A stretch of 64,000 bases of DNA from an uncultured Acidobacteriota bacterium (GTDB lineage: Bacteria > Acidobacteriota > Terriglobia > Bryobacterales > Bryobacteraceae). The notes below the pieces were generated by a model that saw only the letters and a program-made list of their open reading frames with translations, was not told where the DNA came from and searched no databases. This document shows positions 19,056 to 28,204 of the stretch, one piece after another. The stretch's first letter is position 1. Every line of letters starts with the position of its first letter. A program made the position numbers and the translations under genes. The stretch lies in the NCBI GenBank assembly GCA_963737465.1, contig CAVTTC010000014.1, positions 103,567-167,566 on the forward strand, read 5' to 3'.

Positions 19056-19646
19056 TCAGCGCGCCTTTCGGCGTTCCTTCAGGTACTCGTCCCGAAGCCA
19101 CGAGAAATTCATCCAGAAGTCGGGCAACGGCTTCTGTTCGCCATACCAGTTGTCCTGAATCAGGTGGCGGTACATCGCCGTCTTCTCCCAAAACCCATCC
19201 GGAAAATTGAGCAAGGTGTACGCGAAATCGAAGTCGCCGTAGCCGAGCCGGATCAACGCACCCAGATCTTCGTACAGCCGTCCGATCTCGACGAACTCCT
19301 TCAACTCCTCGGAGTGGTACATGTCGCGGCCGATCTTGTGCGCCTGCTGAAACAAATCGTCGGGTTTCGGAAGACAGGCTGTTTCGACAGCGCATTTGCC
19401 GTCCGCATCGGGGACACGGTCGAGAAAGGCCTTAATTCGGGTGTCGAGTTTGCGGCTCTCCTCCGCCATCCCGCGCAGTTCCTTGATGTGGATCAGGCGA
19501 GTCATCCGGAGGTGCAATTCCACTTGCCGGCGCATCTCGGTCATCGTCACGAGTCCCATGACGATGGCCACCATCACGGCCACCAGCACGGTGAGTTGAG
19601 CGATCTTCAGAATGACGTCGAGCTTCGAACGCGAATCGGGTTCCAT
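19056..19646 (-). CDS. membrane-anchored hypothetical protein (DUF4760-like by pattern)
   Basis: 196 aa with a single N-terminal TM (IAQLTVLVAVMVAIVMGLV) and a helical C-terminal domain (EIGRLYEDLGALIRLGYGDFDFAYTLL...WLRDEY). Lies 39 nt downstream of the VWA gene on the same strand. Confidence 0.5.
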   Translation of the reverse strand: MEPDSRSKLDVILKIAQLTVLVAVMVAIVMGLVTMTEMRRQVELHLRMTRLIHIKELRGMAEESRKLDTRIKAFLDRVPDADGKCAVETACLPKPDDLFQQAHKIGRDMYHSEELKEFVEIGRLYEDLGALIRLGYGDFDFAYTLLNFPDGFWEKTAMYRHLIQDNWYGEQKPLPDFWMNFSWLRDEYLKERRKAR

Positions 19647-19685
19647 GAGTGGACAGAGTCCGAGTCATTATAGCGGACTGGCCAC

Positions 19686-22171
19686 TCACCCTCGTTCGAA
19701 CAACCCCCGCCACTTCCTCACCACCAGTTCCGCCAGGTTCAGCGCGATGGCCAGCGCCAGCAGCCCCGGCCACAGCCGCATGGTGGAGGGCACGCTCCGT
19801 CCGGCTGGATCGAAAACAGCTTTTGGCGAGGGGTTGAAATGCCCTCCGGTGAACTCCGATACTTTCCTCAGCAGTAGCTCGTTCGACCCGAAATCCCTCA
19901 ACTCCTCTTCCTGCCGGTAGAACCCGACCTCCGGGAATACCTTCGATTCCGCCAGCGGACGTATCCGGAACAGCCCTTGCCCCTGGCCCACCGGAACCCG
20001 TCCCTGATAAGCGCCGCCCGCCACCTTCACTACCGGTACCGGACGTTGAAACCCGCCCGGCCCAATCGCGAAGATCGCCGGGATTTTGTCCGGCTCCTGC
20101 ATGCTCGGGTCCAGTCGGTAGTCCACCACCAGGTCGCCGTTTGCCGCATCCAGATCGATGCTCGCCTCTCCGGCGTGGGTATGCGGCAGCAGGTCGCGGA
20201 CCACGTTCATCCAGAACTTGTCGTAGCCCGGCCAGGTCACCCAACTCGAGGCCCACCGGCTCTTGGCGTCTGAGGCGAACACCGCGGCCCGGCCCAGGCC
20301 ATACTGCCAGCGCGCGAAGAGCGGATCTTTCCGGGCGTCGATGGTGAGGATAGTGTCCGCCGTGGGCTTTGCGATGAATCGCACATAGCCCTTCAACGGA
20401 GGCGCATTCTCCATCCCCACGCCGTCCAGAATCTCGGCCTGCTTCACCACCACCGGCTGCAGCGGCTTCTCCACCGCCGTGCTTCCGGTATGTTCCATCA
20501 CGTCTTTGAGCAGCAGGCGCTCCAGGCCGGCCGGATCGTTGAGGAGATACGACTTCCCGTTGGCCGTGGTCGCCACCTTCTCCAGGTACGCGCGATTCAC
20601 GTCCTGGCCCAGTCCGACCGTCGAGATCGTAATCCGTCGCTCCAGGGCCTGCCGCGAAATCTCCATCGAATCGCCTTCCTCGGAGATCCCATCGGTGAGC
20701 AGCACGATGTGCTTGAACGTTCCGTTCGTGGCGCTAATCCGGCGAAACGCCTCGGCCAGCGCCGGTGCGATCTGCGTCCCGCCGTCGGGCGTGATGCCTG
20801 ACACCAGCCGTTTAATCAGCGAGCGGTCCTCGGCTTTCCGCATCGGTACCGCCCACTGGAACGAGTTGTCGAAAATCAGCACTCCCACCTGGTCCACCGG
20901 CCGCAGATTGTCGATGACGCCGACGGCAGCCAGCCGCGCCAGTTCAATCTTCCGCCCCTCCATCGACGACGACTTGTCGATGATCAGCACCAGGCAGGTG
21001 CCCTCGGGGGAGCGCGGCGGCGCCACCTTCGCGGGAAGCGTCCGGTCCAGCGCATCCTCGATCTTCTTGCCTTCCGGGTACACGATTCTTCTCACCTCCG
21101 ATGATCAGCAGCCCGCCTCCGCCCTTGACGAAGGTTTCGATCTCGTCTTTGCGTCCCGCCGGAATTCTTTCCAGGTCCTGGTTGTTGAGCACGATCAACT
21201 GAACGTCATTCAACTTGGGCGTCACTGGATCGCTCGCCCGCTCAACATCCACCTGGGCCGCCGCCAGTGCCTCCAGCAGGTTGTTATCGGACCCCGCCGG
21301 GTCTTTCGATACATACAGAATCTTCGGACGCCGCAGAGTCAGCGCCTGATCGAAGCGCAGATCGCCCAGACCGGGAGCCTGCAAGGCCACCGCGAAGATC
21401 CACAGCCCCGGCCACGCTCAGGTTGGCATGCGCACGGATACGATTCAACCCGCGTTCCAACCGCACCGGCGTCTTGCCGATCGTCTTTCCGTCCGCCAGC
21501 ACCTCCAGCGTCCCGGCGCCCTCGCGCGGCGAACTGACCATCAAGTCGATCGGAAAACGTTCGCCCGTGAACGCCAGCGACGACAGGCTAACGGCGTCCA
21601 GGTGCAGGGCCGATTGCGCGCGTCCCGCCATGGGGATGGTGTCGATGGGGATGCCGAGCTGTCGTGCCTGGTAGGCTGCGCGCGCGATACTCCCGCGATT
21701 CTCGTTTCCGTCGGAGATGACCACGATCCGCGGCACCAGCCCCTCGGGAACCGCCGCCAGCGCCTCGCGCACACCCGCTTCCAGGTCCGTGCCGCGCCCG
21801 GCGTCGCTGGCCGTGTGCTTCAGATCCCAGCCCTTTTGCCGTTCCTGCTCGGTTACGGCGCGCGTGGTGCGCGCAAAGGGAATCACGCGGGTCCAATTGC
21901 GCCCGCGGCTTCTATCGATGGCCGTGGCCGTTTCCGACGCGCGCGCCAGGTCCGTGCTGGTGACGCTGGCCGAGGTATCCACCAGAATCGCCACCGCCAT
22001 CTTGGTCTCGAAAATGGAGATCCGTGGCGCCGCCAGCGCGAGCACCAGCGCCACGAACGTAGCCGTCTTCAGCGCCAGGCCGGCCCGCCGGAGGGTCTTG
22101 GAGCGCTCATAGTATGCCCAGATCAGCGGCAGCGCCAAAAAGAACAGGACCCACGGCCTCTCGAACGTCAT
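19686..22171 (-). pseudogene. large BatA-N/VWA/VWA membrane protein (Bat aerotolerance-operon type), split by two frameshifts
   Basis: Starts MTFERPWVLFFLALPLIW (ATG at 22171, ATGA overlap with the upstream gene), with the first VWA motif AILVDTSASV. The frame changes near 21390 (...AGAVDLR / ALQAPGLGDLRFDQALTLRRPKILYVS) and near 21085 (...GGLLIIGGEKN / VYPEGKKIEDALDRTLP). The second VWA motif is LVLIIDKSSSM ... GGTQIAPAL. Confidence 0.75.
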
Positions 22172-24075
22172 GATGCCTTCCTCTGCAGAACCCTGGTCCG
22201 CGTCTGCACGGTGCGGCGCCACGTCCACGCTTGACGCCGTCCCCGCCCGTACAGGATCCATTCGATCATCAGCACCGCCGTCCCGGCCAGGGCCAGCCAC
22301 GGCCATAAATCCACCACGCGGTTATGGGTGCGCGACGCTCTCGGGATTCCCCGGGCTACTCGCGGCGGCACGTTCCACCGGGTCTCGCCCAGTTCCGGCA
22401 GCGTCAGCGAGTAGGCGATCTCCCGGTCGCCCGCCTGCAGCCGGTAATTCCCCGGCGTCCCAGCGAAGAAGCGCACGTGTTCGTTCTGCACGGTATAAGG
22501 GATCGTCTGCCCCGCATCGGACCGGACGTCCACGGACTTGGCATCGACATTAGGGCCCAACCGTGCCTCAACGGTACCCACCGAGCCGGCGTTCAGTTCC
22601 CATTGCTGGAACACGGCCGGATTGATCCAGCGCAGGATGTTGGCAAACAGCAGCGGCGTTGCGAGTTCGTATTTCATCACTGAGAGCACGGGGTGGAAGC
22701 CGAACACAACCAGCTTGGGCGTCGTCGCGGTCTGGGGGCGCGCCAGGATCACCGGCCCAGCCTCCACCGAAGCTACCGCGATGTCGCCATTCTCGGCCGC
22801 GAACACGGACGTGCTCTCCAATTCCAGATCGCGAGTGCGGAGCCCGGTGCCCAGGTCGTGCGACGAGTTCCACGTTGCCAGCTTCGCCTTGCTCACCACG
22901 TTGCGAATCCGTACCGGCGACCGCTCGCCCGGCGGGTCGATAAAAATCGCCGGCGCGGCGGGAGCAGCCACGGGAGCGAACCGGTCCAGCACCACTGCGT
23001 CGGCCTTCGCCCGAGCATCGTAGGAAGCCACCGGCCGATACACGGCCCGCACATTGCCGCTCGCGCCCAGCACAGCGCGCAGCAGATCCGGCTCGTTGGA
23101 ATACACCACCACGTTCAGCGATGGCTGGGCGGGGACTTCCAGCACCGCGCGGTCGTCTTCCGGGAAGGTATCGCTCGCAAGCAACCGGGCTTCCAGCCAT
23201 CCCGCGGCGCGAGTGCGGAACGCGAACGACGATTCCTGCTGCTCGCCCGGCTTCAGGGCCAGCGTGCGGCTTCCAACAGGGGCCCCGCCAAACTGCACTG
23301 CGAGTTGGACCGTGCGTTGTTCCGAGCCGTAGTTGCGCGTCGAGACGAACACCTGCCAGGTCTCCGCATCGGCGCGCCGCAGCCCGATCTTGCGCAGCCC
23401 GCAGTTCTCGAGCGGCGCTGGGATGGGGATCACGCGCAGATTCGCCGGAACCGTCACGTCGGCCTCGCCCCCGCCTACCCGTCCGGGGCCGATGTAGACA
23501 ATCTCGCCGGGGTGCGGGGAATGTAGTTTCTGCACACGCCCTGCAAATTCGATCGCTTGTTCCAGGTTCAGCGCGGCCGCTTCGGGCTTCGATTCGCGGA
23601 TGCTCCGTTCCAGTACCGCGCGGTTCGCGTCGAACGGTGTCACCGGAGTAGCCAGGGCGTCGGCGCGGACCACCATGAGGCGGTCGTCGGGCGGAAGGTT
23701 CTTGAGGTAGGCGAGTGCAACCAGGCGGGCGTCGTCCATCAGTGTGCCGCGATCGGTGCGCGCTCCCATCCACGCCGAAGTGTCCAGGATCAGGACGTGA
23801 TCGCGAATGTTGGCGCCGCGGTCGCCCCACTGCATCTGTGCGATGGCCAGCAGCAGCAGCACCATGCCCAGCAATTGGAGCAGTAGGGACCACGGCTGCT
23901 GGATGCGCCGTTTCTGCTTCATCGATTCCGCGGTTTGAGCCGATTTCCAGAACCGCAGCGTCGCCACCACCTGCTTACGCCGCGACCGGTCGAGCAGGTA
24001 CAGCGTCACCAGGGCGGCCGAGATGGTTGTGGCGAGCGCAAATAGCTCAGGCAGGCTGAGATTGAGGAGCGACAC
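22168..24075 (-). CDS. BatA-N-terminal-domain membrane protein with VWA-like region
   Basis: 635 aa. The N-terminal LPELFALATTISAALVTLYLLDRSRRK pattern matches the aerotolerance-regulator N-terminal domain. There is a second TM, then DHVLILDTSAWMG, and a C-terminal TM. Confidence 0.7.
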   Translation of the reverse strand: MSLLNLSLPELFALATTISAALVTLYLLDRSRRKQVVATLRFWKSAQTAESMKQKRRIQQPWSLLLQLLGMVLLLLAIAQMQWGDRGANIRDHVLILDTSAWMGARTDRGTLMDDARLVALAYLKNLPPDDRLMVVRADALATPVTPFDANRAVLERSIRESKPEAAALNLEQAIEFAGRVQKLHSPHPGEIVYIGPGRVGGGEADVTVPANLRVIPIPAPLENCGLRKIGLRRADAETWQVFVSTRNYGSEQRTVQLAVQFGGAPVGSRTLALKPGEQQESSFAFRTRAAGWLEARLLASDTFPEDDRAVLEVPAQPSLNVVVYSNEPDLLRAVLGASGNVRAVYRPVASYDARAKADAVVLDRFAPVAAPAAPAIFIDPPGERSPVRIRNVVSKAKLATWNSSHDLGTGLRTRDLELESTSVFAAENGDIAVASVEAGPVILARPQTATTPKLVVFGFHPVLSVMKYELATPLLFANILRWINPAVFQQWELNAGSVGTVEARLGPNVDAKSVDVRSDAGQTIPYTVQNEHVRFFAGTPGNYRLQAGDREIAYSLTLPELGETRWNVPPRVARGIPRASRTHNRVVDLWPWLALAGTAVLMIEWILYGRGRRQAWTWRRTVQTRTRVLQRKAS

Positions 24076-24206
24076 GGAATCTTACTTAACTGTAACAGCC
24101 CAGGGTGCGCCGAACAGGAACTTGGGCCTGTCGGTAGCAATGCACGGAGACGGCCAGATCTTCTACGGGGCGGGCGTCAACTAGCCCTACAGTGAAGAGA
24201 GGATGT

Positions 24207-24332
24207 ATGGCAATGACAACCAAAGACGCGCTTCATCACCTAGTTGAACAGCTCCTGGACGACCAGGCGGAACTTGCTCGCACCTGGCTTGAGGATCTCC
24301 GAAACGCGGCCGGCGTGGATTGTGATCTATAG
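24207..24332 (+). CDS. 41-aa acidic antitoxin-like ORF followed by a RelE/ParE-like toxin remnant
   Basis: AGAGGA 4 nt upstream of the ATG. The product is MAMTTKDALHHLVEQLLDDQAELARTWLEDL.... The next frame, starting inside its last codons, reads WIVIYSDAVGHEAEKILDRP, like the start of RelE/ParE toxins, but then degenerates. Confidence 0.3.
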   Translation: MAMTTKDALHHLVEQLLDDQAELARTWLEDLRNAAGVDCDL

Positions 24333-24408
24333 CGATGCTGTTGGCCATGAGGCAGAAAAGATCCTGGACCGTCCCGCCATACTTAGGGTCTGCTATCGCG
24401 CCACGCGC

Positions 24409-24778
24409 CTACTTCGAACGGCCGGGATGAAGGTGGCTGGTCCTGAACTGCGCTTCCGGCCGGAAGGCCGGGACCAGATCGGTCCGGCTGAAGTCCTGCC
24501 CCTTGAAAAGGAGCGGTTCTCGAGACACCTTCGCGAGAGCATAGGTAAAACAGTCGCCGAAGTTCAGGGCGGCCGGATGCATGCCTTTGCCGAATAGCTG
24601 GAAAGCCTGCCTTGCCACGTTCACCTGCTCCGAGAAGGGCGCGTGTCACCGGATCGCCATTCCAGTCGACGAATATTGCGGCTTCAAGATAACTCGCAAC
24701 CGACTGCGGACCCGTCCGCGCCTTCTGTCCGCTTCGGGTTCACGAAGCAGAATCGCGAGGAGGCGGAAGTGTCTTGAT
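24409..24778 (-). pseudogene. vapC: VapC-type PIN-domain toxin, decayed (frameshifts and an internal deletion)
   Basis: Fragments lie in three frames: DTSA / LLAILLREPEAD / YLEAAIFVDWNGDPVTRAL / EQVNVARQAFQLFGKGMHPAALNFGDCFTYALAKVSREPLLFKGQDFSRTDL. There is no usable start codon, and about 15-20 residues are missing between the third and fourth pieces. Confidence 0.6.
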
Positions 24779-25036
24779 TTACCGGGGCAGTCTGTCGCCA
24801 CCGTACAGTAGGGTGGCATGATCGGAGGCCTTGCAGCTCCGGGGCATGGCGGCTGTGAAACGTTCAGAAAACGCCAGGATCCTGGCTGCCGTGGCCTTTG
24901 TCGCTCGCCGGTTCTCCTTCTCGGCGAGCTTCGATTCGAGCGCGTGAATTACGGCACTCGTCAGGCTTTCGCCGGTCAGGTCAGAGAGGCGACGGGCAAG
25001 TTCGTAGGCTCGTGGATTCTTGATGTTGAGGTTCAT
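24779..25036 (-). CDS. vapB: VapB-type antitoxin (Rv0623-like, PSK transcription-factor family)
   Basis: 85 aa from the ATG at 25036: MNLNIKNPRAYELARRLSDLTGESLTSAVIHALESKLAEK.... Starts 8 nt after the DUF58 stop. The tracked 128-aa ORF has an unlikely upstream extension. Confidence 0.75.
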   Translation of the reverse strand: MNLNIKNPRAYELARRLSDLTGESLTSAVIHALESKLAEKENRRATKATAARILAFSERFTAAMPRSCKASDHATLLYGGDRLPR

Positions 25037-25044
25037 ATACCCAC

Positions 25045-25935
25045 CTACTGCACCGTCTGCGTGTGCACCACCGGCCCGAAAATCGCATCCTCCAACGCCA
25101 GCGACGTCGAAAACCCGCAATACCGGCCGTTGTTGCGCACCGCGACGTTTTCCAGCCGTTCGCAATACTGGTCGAACTCGGCCGTGTAGTGCTCCCGGGT
25201 GGCCTGGTCGAAGTTCAGCGTCAACTTAGTCGCCGTCTCTGCGTCCTCTAAGTCGAGTTCCCCGTCCCATGGCGGAGTCCGATCTTCATCGGCCCATAAT
25301 TGCAGCAGCAGTAACTCGTGCCCGAACTCGGAGAGATACTGCAACGGCTTCACGCAATCGGAGTCATCCAGGAAATCCGAAATCACGATGAGCAACCCGC
25401 GCTGCGGATAATTCGCAATGAACTGCCGTGCCGCCGACAGAAAGTCCGTCGGCCCGCCCACCTCGATTTGCTGCAGAAAATCCACGGCGGGCATGAATCG
25501 GTGCCGCCCGCCGCCCGCCAGAAACGAGTCATACAGGTGGTCGCTGAAAGGCTGCAGGCAGATCGTATCCAGCCGGACCAGCCCCACATAGGCAAGCGCC
25601 GCCGCCAGTTGCTTCGCATACAGAAGCTTGGAGGGCGACCCGGTATTCATCGATGGGCTGATGTCGATCAGCATCCGCACCGGAACTCGCGGCTCCACCT
25701 GGAACATCTTCAGGAACAGCTTCTCCAGGCGCAGGTACGCTCGCCAGTTGACGGCCCGCAGGTCGTCGCCGTGATGGAAATGGCGGTGGTCGAGAAACTC
25801 GATCCCCGATCCAGGGAACCGCGAGAGGTTGTGACCGCCCACCAACCCGGGAAACGACTTGCGCCATCGGACGGTCAGACGTTCGAGCTTCTCCAGCAGG
25901 TGCCGGTCAATCAGGCCTTGCTGCGGAGCCGCCAT
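25045..25935 (-). CDS. DUF58 domain protein (MoxR-associated, VWA-like)
   Basis: Start MAAPQQGLIDRHLLEKLERL at 25935, in a TAATG overlap with moxR. Motifs GSGIEFLDHRHFHHGDDLRAVNWRAYLR and MLIDISPSM. Confidence 0.85.
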   Translation of the reverse strand: MAAPQQGLIDRHLLEKLERLTVRWRKSFPGLVGGHNLSRFPGSGIEFLDHRHFHHGDDLRAVNWRAYLRLEKLFLKMFQVEPRVPVRMLIDISPSMNTGSPSKLLYAKQLAAALAYVGLVRLDTICLQPFSDHLYDSFLAGGGRHRFMPAVDFLQQIEVGGPTDFLSAARQFIANYPQRGLLIVISDFLDDSDCVKPLQYLSEFGHELLLLQLWADEDRTPPWDGELDLEDAETATKLTLNFDQATREHYTAEFDQYCERLENVAVRNNGRYCGFSTSLALEDAIFGPVVHTQTVQ

Positions 25936-26927
25936 TACACTCCTGCCTTGGCCGCGACCCCATCCAGCACGCGTTTCAGAATCGTCTCCGCCGTTTGCCC
26001 GTCGGCATGCGCGTCGAAGTTGAGGATGATGCGATGACGCAGGACGCCCGCAGCCACCTCCCGGATATCGTCGATGCTCAAGTGCAGCCGGCTGCGCATC
26101 AACGCCAGCACCCGTCCGCATTCCACCAATGCCTGCGCGCCGCGGGGGGAACTGCCGTAGCGCACGTACTTGTTGGCGATGTCGTGGGCGTAGGGTGTCC
26201 CGGGCTGCGTGGCCATCACCAGGTCAATCGCGTATTCCTGAACATGCGGCGCCACCAGCACCTCGCGGCAGATGGAACGCAGCCGCAGGATGGCCTCGCG
26301 ATCCACAATCTGGCTCAGTTGCACCTCCTCCCTCTGTATGGTGCGATCCACGATCCGGTTCAGCTCCTCCCGCGACGGGTACTCCACCAGGATCTTCATC
26401 AGAAATCGATCCAGCTGAGCCTCGGGCAGCGGATACGTGCCTTCCATCTCGATGGGGTTCTGGGTTGCCATCACCAGGAACGGAAGGTCGAGTTCATGGG
26501 TGGTGTTGCCGCTCGTCACGGTGCGCTCCTGCATCGCTTCCAGCAGCGCCGACTGCGTTTTCGGAGTGGCGCGGTTGATTTCATCGGCCAGCACCAGGTT
26601 CGCGAAAATGGGCCCCGGCTGAAACCGTAGGGCCTTCCCTCCGCGATCGTCGGTTTCGATGATCATGCTGCCCACAATATCGGCGGGCATCAGGTCCGGC
26701 GTGAACTGGATGCGGGAATATTTCAGATGCAGCACGCGCGCCAGTGTCCGTAGCAGGGTGGTTTTTCCCAGGCCCGGTACGCCTTCCAGCAGGACGTGGC
26801 CGCCGGCCAGCAGGCAGATCAGGACGCCATCCACCACATCCAACTGGCCGACAATGACTTTCCCGATTTCCGCGCGGACGGTGTTGAGTTGGGCCACCGC
26901 TTCTTGTAACGATTCTTCAGTGCGCAC
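25935..26927 (-). CDS. MoxR-family AAA+ ATPase
   Basis: 330 aa with Walker A GVPGLGKT, RIQFTPDLMPADIVG, Walker B LADEINRA, and the C-terminal SPRGAQAL lid. Confidence 0.9.
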   Translation of the reverse strand: MRTEESLQEAVAQLNTVRAEIGKVIVGQLDVVDGVLICLLAGGHVLLEGVPGLGKTTLLRTLARVLHLKYSRIQFTPDLMPADIVGSMIIETDDRGGKALRFQPGPIFANLVLADEINRATPKTQSALLEAMQERTVTSGNTTHELDLPFLVMATQNPIEMEGTYPLPEAQLDRFLMKILVEYPSREELNRIVDRTIQREEVQLSQIVDREAILRLRSICREVLVAPHVQEYAIDLVMATQPGTPYAHDIANKYVRYGSSPRGAQALVECGRVLALMRSRLHLSIDDIREVAAGVLRHRIILNFDAHADGQTAETILKRVLDGVAAKAGV

Positions 26928-26936
26928 GAGTCCATT

Positions 26937-27608
26937 CTATGCACGTTTGGAGCCGGAAGCCGAAGCGGAGCGCGTTGCTTTTCCCGCAACCGCATCCAGA
27001 ACCGCCCGGGTGTGTGTCGGGATCCAGCCGGAAAAGGCCAGCCTCTCGATCGAGGGCGGCTCGTCCACATCGAACCAGGGCGAGCCCAGCGCCGTGGTCA
27101 GCCCGCAGGATGCGCAGGCCGACAGGGAGTCTTCAAGAGCATGTTCGGTGGACCAGCGGACGCCCTGAAACATCGCCGGATGGATGCGGCTGGCCGAGAT
27201 TCCGTAGTATCCGCCGTCCTGGGTGGGCCCGAGCGCGACATCGGCGCGGGCGGCCAGCAAATCCGTCACGTACGCAGGAGGAAGGTCCGGCGAATCGCTG
27301 CCCAGGATGAGCGCGCGCGGGTGGCCTCGCTCGAGCGCGCCTCCCAGCGCTTTGAGCATTTTTAATCCTAAATCGCCTTCATGCTGCAGGCGCCGCGGGA
27401 CTGCGGCCGAGGCCCATGCATCCGTCTCCCGATCGGTGTGCAACTCCACTTCGGCGATCGCGCTAAGTGCTTCCAGGGATTCGAGTGTATCCAGCACGAA
27501 AGCTGCGTAAAGGGCGGCCGCCGTCTCCGGATCCAGATACGGGACCAAACGGGTTTTCACGCGTCCCGGCTCGGGGACTTTCGCAAAAACCATAATGACG
27601 GGACGCAT
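26937..27608 (-). CDS. DUF2064 / TIGR04282-type glycosyltransferase-like protein
   Basis: 223 aa with VFAKVPEPGRVKTRL, GSDSPDLP and DGGYYGI. Confidence 0.65.
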   Translation of the reverse strand: MRPVIMVFAKVPEPGRVKTRLVPYLDPETAAALYAAFVLDTLESLEALSAIAEVELHTDRETDAWASAAVPRRLQHEGDLGLKMLKALGGALERGHPRALILGSDSPDLPPAYVTDLLAARADVALGPTQDGGYYGISASRIHPAMFQGVRWSTEHALEDSLSACASCGLTTALGSPWFDVDEPPSIERLAFSGWIPTHTRAVLDAVAGKATRSASASGSKRA

Positions 27609-27702
27609 GGCTCGATTGTAAACTAAAGAAGATACTGCCCTTTCGATAGGTCTTGGGGCAGACCTGCACTGGGTAAGCGATTAAAGAGGAGTTTCCGAAC
27701 TG

Positions 27703-28023
27703 ATGAAAACGAAACTGATGATTGCGGCAGCCTGCGCCGCGATGCTGATGGCTGGGTCGGCGAAGGCTGCCGGCGATGCCGCCAAGGGCAAAGAGACCTT
27801 CGAGCAGTGCGGCGTCTGCCACAATGTCGATACGGACGAGAAGAAGATGGGTCCGTCGCTCAAAGGCCTGTTCAAGAAGGAGAAGCTGAAGAACGGCAAG
27901 GCCGTGACGGAAGCCAACGTGAAGGCGATCATTAACGCCGGCGGCGGCGGCATGCCCGCGTATGCCGACATGTTGACGGATGCCGAAAAGGCCGACGTCA
28001 TCGCGTATTTGAAGACGATCTAG
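27703..28023 (+). CDS. class I c-type cytochrome (secreted, mono-haem)
   Basis: 106 aa with a signal peptide, the haem motif CGVCH, and distal GGMPAY supplying the Met ligand. Confidence 0.85.
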   Translation: MKTKLMIAAACAAMLMAGSAKAAGDAAKGKETFEQCGVCHNVDTDEKKMGPSLKGLFKKEKLKNGKAVTEANVKAIINAGGGGMPAYADMLTDAEKADVIAYLKTI

Positions 28024-28032
28024 CAAAATCGT

Positions 28033-28059
28033 GCGCGCCGGAGTTGTCATCCGGCGCGC
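28033..28059 (+). terminator. 9-bp GC hairpin after the cytochrome c gene
   Basis: gcgcgccgg-agttgtcat-ccggcgcgc, starting 10 nt after the stop. Followed by a weak T-containing tail. Confidence 0.45.
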
Positions 28060-28109
28060 CATTCGATACTCTGAATAAAGAGCGTCATTTCAGCGTTTTG
28101 TCCTACAAG

Positions 28110-28187
28110 GTCCCCATCGTCTAGCCCGGCCTAGGACACCACCCTTTCACGGTGAGAACCGGGGTTCGAATCCCCGTGGGGACGCCA
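28110..28187 (+). tRNA. tRNA-Glu (anticodon TTC), CCA encoded
   Basis: Hand-folded cloverleaf: acceptor GTCCCCA/TGGGGAC, D-arm GTC..GAC, anticodon stem CCACC/GGTGA with loop CTTTCAC, T-arm CGGGG-TTCGAAT-CCCCG, discriminator G, then CCA. Close to E. coli tRNA-Glu as I recall it. Confidence 0.95.
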
Positions 28188-28204
28188 TCCTAAGTCTTTT
28201 CACT

